NCBI RefSeq assembly: GCF_018977255.1
Contig: NW_024704743.1
Coordinates: 115,818,001-115,882,000 of the forward strand
DNA length: 64,000 bases
DNA from: Callorhinchus milii
Lineage: Eukaryota
Direction of reading: 5' to 3'
Shown piece by piece: positions 58,771 through 64,000 of this stretch. The first letter of the stretch is position 1. Every line of letters begins with the position of its first letter. The translations under genes were made by a program, and so were the position numbers. Below the pieces are notes generated by a model that made no database searches, was not told where the DNA came from, and was given only the letters and a program-made list of their open reading frames with translations.

Positions 58771-60712
58771 CTGAATAGAAAGGAGGGCATCAGAATCGTT
58801 TCCACTGTGTCTCTGGTGCTCGGTGGCAAATAGCAACAGCACCCGCAAACTGTACAGTTTTCTTCAGGGAATCCCCCCCGTGTGACACACAGTCTTGAAA
58901 CTTTGCCTCAGATCTAAGATAGACATGGAGGTTCTGAGCAGACATAAATGATGTCCCACCTTTCATGCAACCCACCATGAAGTGAATGCTCAATTATTTT
59001 TCTGAAAGGACTGTAGGCCATGACACCAGGAGAAACTCCCACCTCTTTTTGAATAGTGTTGCCAGATCATTAAACAAACCTCCTCTCAAACAGGCAAATA
59101 GGACCGCGTTTAACATCTCATCTGAAGGACGGCACCTCCGACAATGCAACACTTCCCCAGCTTTGTATTGGTGTCAAACCTTTGACCTAGAGGCGAGAGT
59201 GCTACCATATTAGCAATGCTGACACCCAATTCCATCAAGTAACAATCCTGAACCATTGAATTTCAATCTTGAGTCTAGCCAAAGTGTATTAATCACACCA
59301 TATAGAAGTGTATCCATAATCAATCAATCAATCAATTAATTAATTAATAGGGCTCAAACACATCATTACTAGATACCTAAACACACACAGAAAGTCTCTG
59401 GTGAAAGTGATCAGGAGCAGGAACCCAGGCTGATACTTAACATAACATATAGGAACAGGAGTAGGCCATTCGGCCCTTCGAGCCTGCCCCGCCATTCAAT
59501 CATGGCTGATCTTCTAATCTAACTCCAGCTAATAACCTAACCCTGCCTTATCCCCATATCCCTTAATCCCTTTTGCAATAAGAAATCTATCTATCTCAGT
59601 CTTGAATATGTTCAAGGACTGAGCGTCAACAGCCCTTTGGGGTAGTGAGTTCCATACATTCACCACCCATACTTCCCCTCCTGACTCCTGAGGAATCTAA
59701 GGCCAGTGCCAGAGGCCAATCTACCTTCTGCCTCTCCCACTGGAGTAACAAACTGACTGAAGTCAGTGAACTGCGCATCAAATTCATGACCTCCCAGGTC
59801 TGCAAGTCGCAATCTGCACACATCAACAAACTGAGCCACCGAAAGTCAGGCGTGAGAATATAAACCTGCAACTCACCAACTGTTAATGCTGTGTGTTAAG
59901 GCAGCTCTTATGCTTCTGCTGGCTGTCAGCATGCTCCCTCTGCTTGATATGTGATGTCGTTCACAAAAAGGCACTAATGCCTTCTGGCATCAAAAGAAGG
60001 GTATTGATGCGACTTACCACAGAGACTCTGACTAGGATTTAGGAAACTCAAACTGTTAACCATTAAGTACATGCATTTTTGCATTTGTTTCCAATTTCTA
60101 GTGTGACGCAAGATTATAAATCATGCTGCACTCTGCCCAGCCGGACTGTGTATCCATAATTAATGCTTTTACTTAAAGAGGCAGACTGAAAGCTTAAGAG
60201 GTGATCTGTATGTGACCTAAGTGCCCCGTAAGTCAATTGCAAAGTTAAATGCCTGCCATCATAGGGTGGGCTTTGTAAGGGTGTGAACAATGACAAGTAC
60301 ACAGTTTATAAAGGAGTCTAAAACTCCACCTCGTTTTAGACTGTGAGATTGACATAGATTTACATCGACTGTGTAAATATAAATTATTGATGTCTTAAAT
60401 TTTAAGTCAAAATGGTCCAACAGATTGAGACTAGGATGAATTGTGTGCCTCGAATGCCTCTTTCTCAACGCTCACAACGTAATAACCATGAGCAGTTCTC
60501 GTATAAGGTTTCATTTCACTGCCATCTGATTCCATCATATAACAATCCTGAACCAATCTCTTGCAGATTGCTTTTCCATTTATCAGTGATACTGATTTGA
60601 ATCTGTGACTGTAGGATAAGATGTGGATTTACAATTTTTTTAAAATTGATTTACGTAATTTCATTTCTTCCTCTGCATCTATTTTTACCAAATTAGAAAC
60701 TGTCAACATATT

Positions 60713-61174
60713 GTCAGCCTGGCTTTGTTGGTAGGGTTCTTGCCTCTGGGTTAGAAACGCTCTGAAATGCTACCCTGCGTGGAGGGCGCTATATAAGTGC
60801 AAGTTGTTGTTGTTGTCGTCGTAAAAGGTTGTGGGTTCAAGCCCCATGTTGGAATTTTCAGCCTATACTTTAGGCTGACACTCTAAGGCACCGTCAAAGG
60901 TGTCTTGCTTGGGATGAAAAGTTAAACTGAGATCCCATCTGCCTGTTAAGGTGGATGTTAAAGATCCTGTGGCACTATATTAAAAGGGGAGGGAGTTTCT
61001 CCTGGTGTCCTGGCCGACAATCCTCTGGATAGCATTGGTCACTCACCTAATGTTGTTGAACATTGCTGTGTGCAAATGGGATGCCATGTTGGCTTACAAA
61101 ATACGCAGTCACTCCACTCTATACAAATGCTTTGAAATTCCAAAGGCTCTAAATCAATTGCAAGGGTTATTATT
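60713..61174 (+). mobile_element. DeuSINE copy with a short L2-tail insertion in its head
   Basis: Same head, core and tail as 54834-55220; insert at ~60757-60821. Confidence 0.75.
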
Positions 61175-61547
61175 TCAAATACTTAATACAGTGCTTGAGG
61201 TGAGCCACTCTGGCTAGTTTGTCCCCTTTACTCCACCATCAGCCGGTGGCTTTTCAGCCATCCTGCCCCGCTCTTTGGAACTCCATCCCACAGTGCCTTT
61301 GAATTACTCCTTCACCCCCACGCTCCTCAAGTTCAAGCCACATCTCAAAACATACATCTTTGACAGTGCCTTCAGTCATCTATGCTTTCCCCACTCCCCA
61401 GCTTGGGTACTAGTATTGTTAAGTACTTTGAGATGTCCTCCTGACGTGAAAGGCACTATATAAATGTAAATTGCCTTGTATCCTTCAGTTGGTAGGAGAC
61501 AGGAGGCAGTTTTGTTAAACTGGAGGAACTGCTATTAGTATCTTTAC

Positions 61548-61649
61548 CTCAATGATAACATCAATGTCAGAAGTCATCTCGCTATCTAAGCTTTCCATTG
61601 GAAATTCGTATAGTACCGTGAACTTCAGATGCCCTCCGTAGGCAGTCAG
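61548..61649 (-). CDS. LAMA1: LAMA1 exon ~13, L4a
   Basis: LTAYGGHLKFTVLYEFPMESLDSEMTSDIDVIIE (hand-translated). Confidence 0.94.
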
Positions 61650-63592
61650 CTGTGAAGGAAACACAATGCTCATGAGAGTCAGGAAGCTAAACATAAGGTT
61701 TAAATAAAGGTACCGGATCTAATGGCAATTACCACCCCCCTCATCCGAGTTATTGAGGTCTAAAATGCTTCCAATTCAAATAGCATTCTTTAATCAGGAA
61801 TAAATCCTTATATCTGATATATCGCCATTCACTTCAGGTGGATGTGTCAATACACTTCAAAGCACATGCTGTAAAACTGTGTATTTTGTAAGTGAACGCG
61901 GCAGCAACAAAGAGATCGTTGGCCAGGACACCAGGAGAAATGGATGTTTCTTACAGATAGCCAACAAAGGCACGAATGGATGATGCTCTAGATTGGCTAT
62001 AAGATACGCATTCACTGCACTTTACAGTAAATCCTGTGAAGCTCTTTGAGGCATCTTCCTGAATTGAAAGGCGCTACACGAAATGTGAACAGCCAAGGGT
62101 TATTATTATAAATTTTGGATTTTCTGAGTAAATCTAGACACAGGTGGAATTTTGTCCCCCTTTCCCCCCCATGCATGTACATACACTGCGAGAGAAAGCA
62201 AGGGAGTAAAACTATACTTCAGAGGTTACAAGTCAACAGTATTTCCTTCTATTTTCTGACTCATTGGTAATGTGAAAAGATCTGGAATTTAATAAACATT
62301 AACACAATAAATAATATCCTTTCAGATCTCCGGGGAAGGGAAAGCACATTCGTTAGCGAGATGGCTGATCTTGTGAAGGAACCTATCCTTATTCTCATCA
62401 CATTAATACTGCAACACTTTTAATTTAGTTGAGCATTAAAGAACCATAAATACAAAAGCACTCTCGAGAACAAACACCCAATGCAATTTTCAAAAAGTAT
62501 TCAAATGATCAATCCTAATAATAAAAGTTAAACGTTTAATACCGAAACTCTGCCGTCATGGTGCGATAAAGCATCATCTAGCACGGATACAGTCAATAAC
62601 TGCACCACAGCAGACAGCAGGAAGTCAAATTGTCATCTCATTCAGAACAAGCCAATGGGATTTTGCTCATGGGTGCATTTAAGAACAAGTANTTTTTTAC
62701 CCGCTGCACTGAATGATGACCTTTCAGCTTGCTATTGGCAATTGCTTCACCGTATAAATATATACAGAAAAAGCGTAATTGGTGGAGGTGAAGGATGATG
62801 TCAAGGTAAATGGGACCAAAACATATAATTCTTAAAAATTCCACCTGGGTTAGATTTACTCTATTTTCTCAGCATTTCAGAGCCTGGCGGGTTCTTCAGT
62901 GTGGATTTAGTTTTGAAAGAGGGATTTCTCTAAGTTTCTGGTGTCCTGTAGCAATTGGCTGTATGTTTCACCCACAAAGTATGCAGTCGATTCACTTTAC
63001 AATATATTCTGTGAAGTGCTTTGAGACGTCTCAACGACGTGATAAGGCGCTATATCAAATGCAAGGGTTATTATTATTACGTTTTCTTTTTAAGAACTAC
63101 AAAAACTAACTTCACAGTTAAAACTCAATGCAATGATTTGCCAAAATTTGAATACTCTGGACGATGTGAAAAGGTGCTACATCAAAAGCGAGGATTATTA
63201 TTTTCATGGAATCCCATAGCGTAGTGGAGGGTCACATGGCCTTGATGGGCTGTAAAATGTTATGATTCTATGCTTTTGTGATTTTAATGTTTCCTTCCCT
63301 CTCCGATAACCTCCCAAGATGTGCATCACAATTCCATAGTCATTCACTTGCGAGTTGGAGGGGCTGGAAGGCTTGTGTGCTATACAAACACCAGCATGGA
63401 CTAGTCGGGCTGAACGGCCTGTTTCCATGCTGCAATGTCCTGTGCAATTCTGCGGTAACATCTGGGTAACAGCTGCTGTGCCACCCAGGGACCAACGATC
63501 TGATACAGGCTTCTCTCTTGATTTTAAAATACAGCAAAGGTTCAAATTAAAACTTTTTCTTTCAAATGAGAAGTGCGAATTTTCCAGTTTAC

Positions 63593-63766
63593 CTTATTTC
63601 TCAGGTATGAATCGGGGGCTGTCCAGTAATACAAGGCGGGGAGGCCTTGCCTGGCTTCTGTGTTGTTGATGCTGATTTGGTTGAGGCCATCAAACAAATC
63701 CTGTTGAGGCTTCACACTCTTTACACCCTGGATATCAGTCACTCGCCAGTTCTTAATGTCTGTAAC
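63593..63766 (-). CDS. LAMA1: LAMA1 exon ~12, L4a
   Basis: VTDIKNWRVTDIQG...QISINNTEARQGLPALYYWTAPDSYLRNK. Confidence 0.94.
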
Positions 63767-63801
63767 CTTCAAAACAAAGCGAGTTATTTGATTTTGTTAT
63801 T

Positions 63802-63995
63802 CACACACGCGCGCGCAAAGACACACAAACACACAACACACGTGGGTGCACACATAAAGTTACACATACAAAGATATATATACACACACACAAACACAGA
63901 CACACACACACACACACACATGCGTACACACACAAAGATACACACACGCACAAAGATACATACGTACACAAAGATACACACACACACAAAGACAC
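63802..63995. repeat. Compound (CA)n-rich microsatellite
   Basis: Directly visible; produces the spurious CVCV ORFs. Confidence 0.95.
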
Positions 63996-64000
63996 GGATT

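Larger units (their letters stand above)
131..63766 (-). other. LAMA1: Laminin subunit alpha-1 gene, partial (51 coding exons, inferred exons 12-62)
   Basis: All exons are flanked by GT/AG with compatible phases; the spliced length of 7576 nt keeps one frame. The peptide resembles mammalian LAMA1 throughout, including QARKQAAS-IKVAV, DFMSVLSNIEYILIKASYG and ISRSTFDLLRNS. Confidence 0.96.

Noticed and set aside
131..63766. Assignment as LAMA2
   Set aside because: IKVAV (alpha-2 has IKVSV) and the LG and L4 sequences resemble alpha-1; only the LG3 basic loop is alpha-2-like.
63784..63995. Cys/Val-rich ORFs
   Set aside because: Translation of a (CA)n microsatellite.
1..64000. CRISPR array, retron, operon or other prokaryotic system suggested by recurring short repeats and RT genes
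   Set aside because: The repeats are dispersed SINE/LINE tails, not regularly spaced; the RTs are CR1/L2 non-LTR types inside introns of a spliced vertebrate gene.

Overview
Eukaryotic (vertebrate) genomic DNA, not prokaryotic. The whole window lies inside one minus-strand gene, laminin subunit alpha-1 (LAMA1). I located 51 GT-AG exons by hand (131..63766). They total 7576 nt (about 2525 codons), splice in one uninterrupted frame, and encode L4a, LE/EGF-like repeats, L4b, more LE repeats, the coiled coil and LG1-LG5. The 5' exons and the last exon are outside the window. Exon numbers 12-62 are inferred by analogy with the 63-exon mammalian gene. Introns are short and dense with retroposons: a near-full-length L2 LINE, a second inverted L2 copy nested in a CR1 LINE, many CR1/L2 3' fragments, DeuSINE (SacSINE1-like) SINEs and tRNA-Ala-headed SINEs. 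There is also a hAT-type MITE with an 8-bp TSD, a fold-back MITE family and an unclassified repeat family. The repeat repertoire and compact introns suggest a cartilaginous fish, probably a chimaera (inference). I found no convincing wholly new biological system. Best leads: a LAMA2-like furin site (RSRR|QT) in the LG3 loop of this alpha-1 chain; an inverted 1.3-kb L2 pair bracketing the coiled-coil exons; an in-frame alternative donor in exon 40; a frameshift shared by both young L2 copies; a CR1 tail forming the exon-35 donor. Repeat boundaries are approximate; exon boundaries were read base by base.
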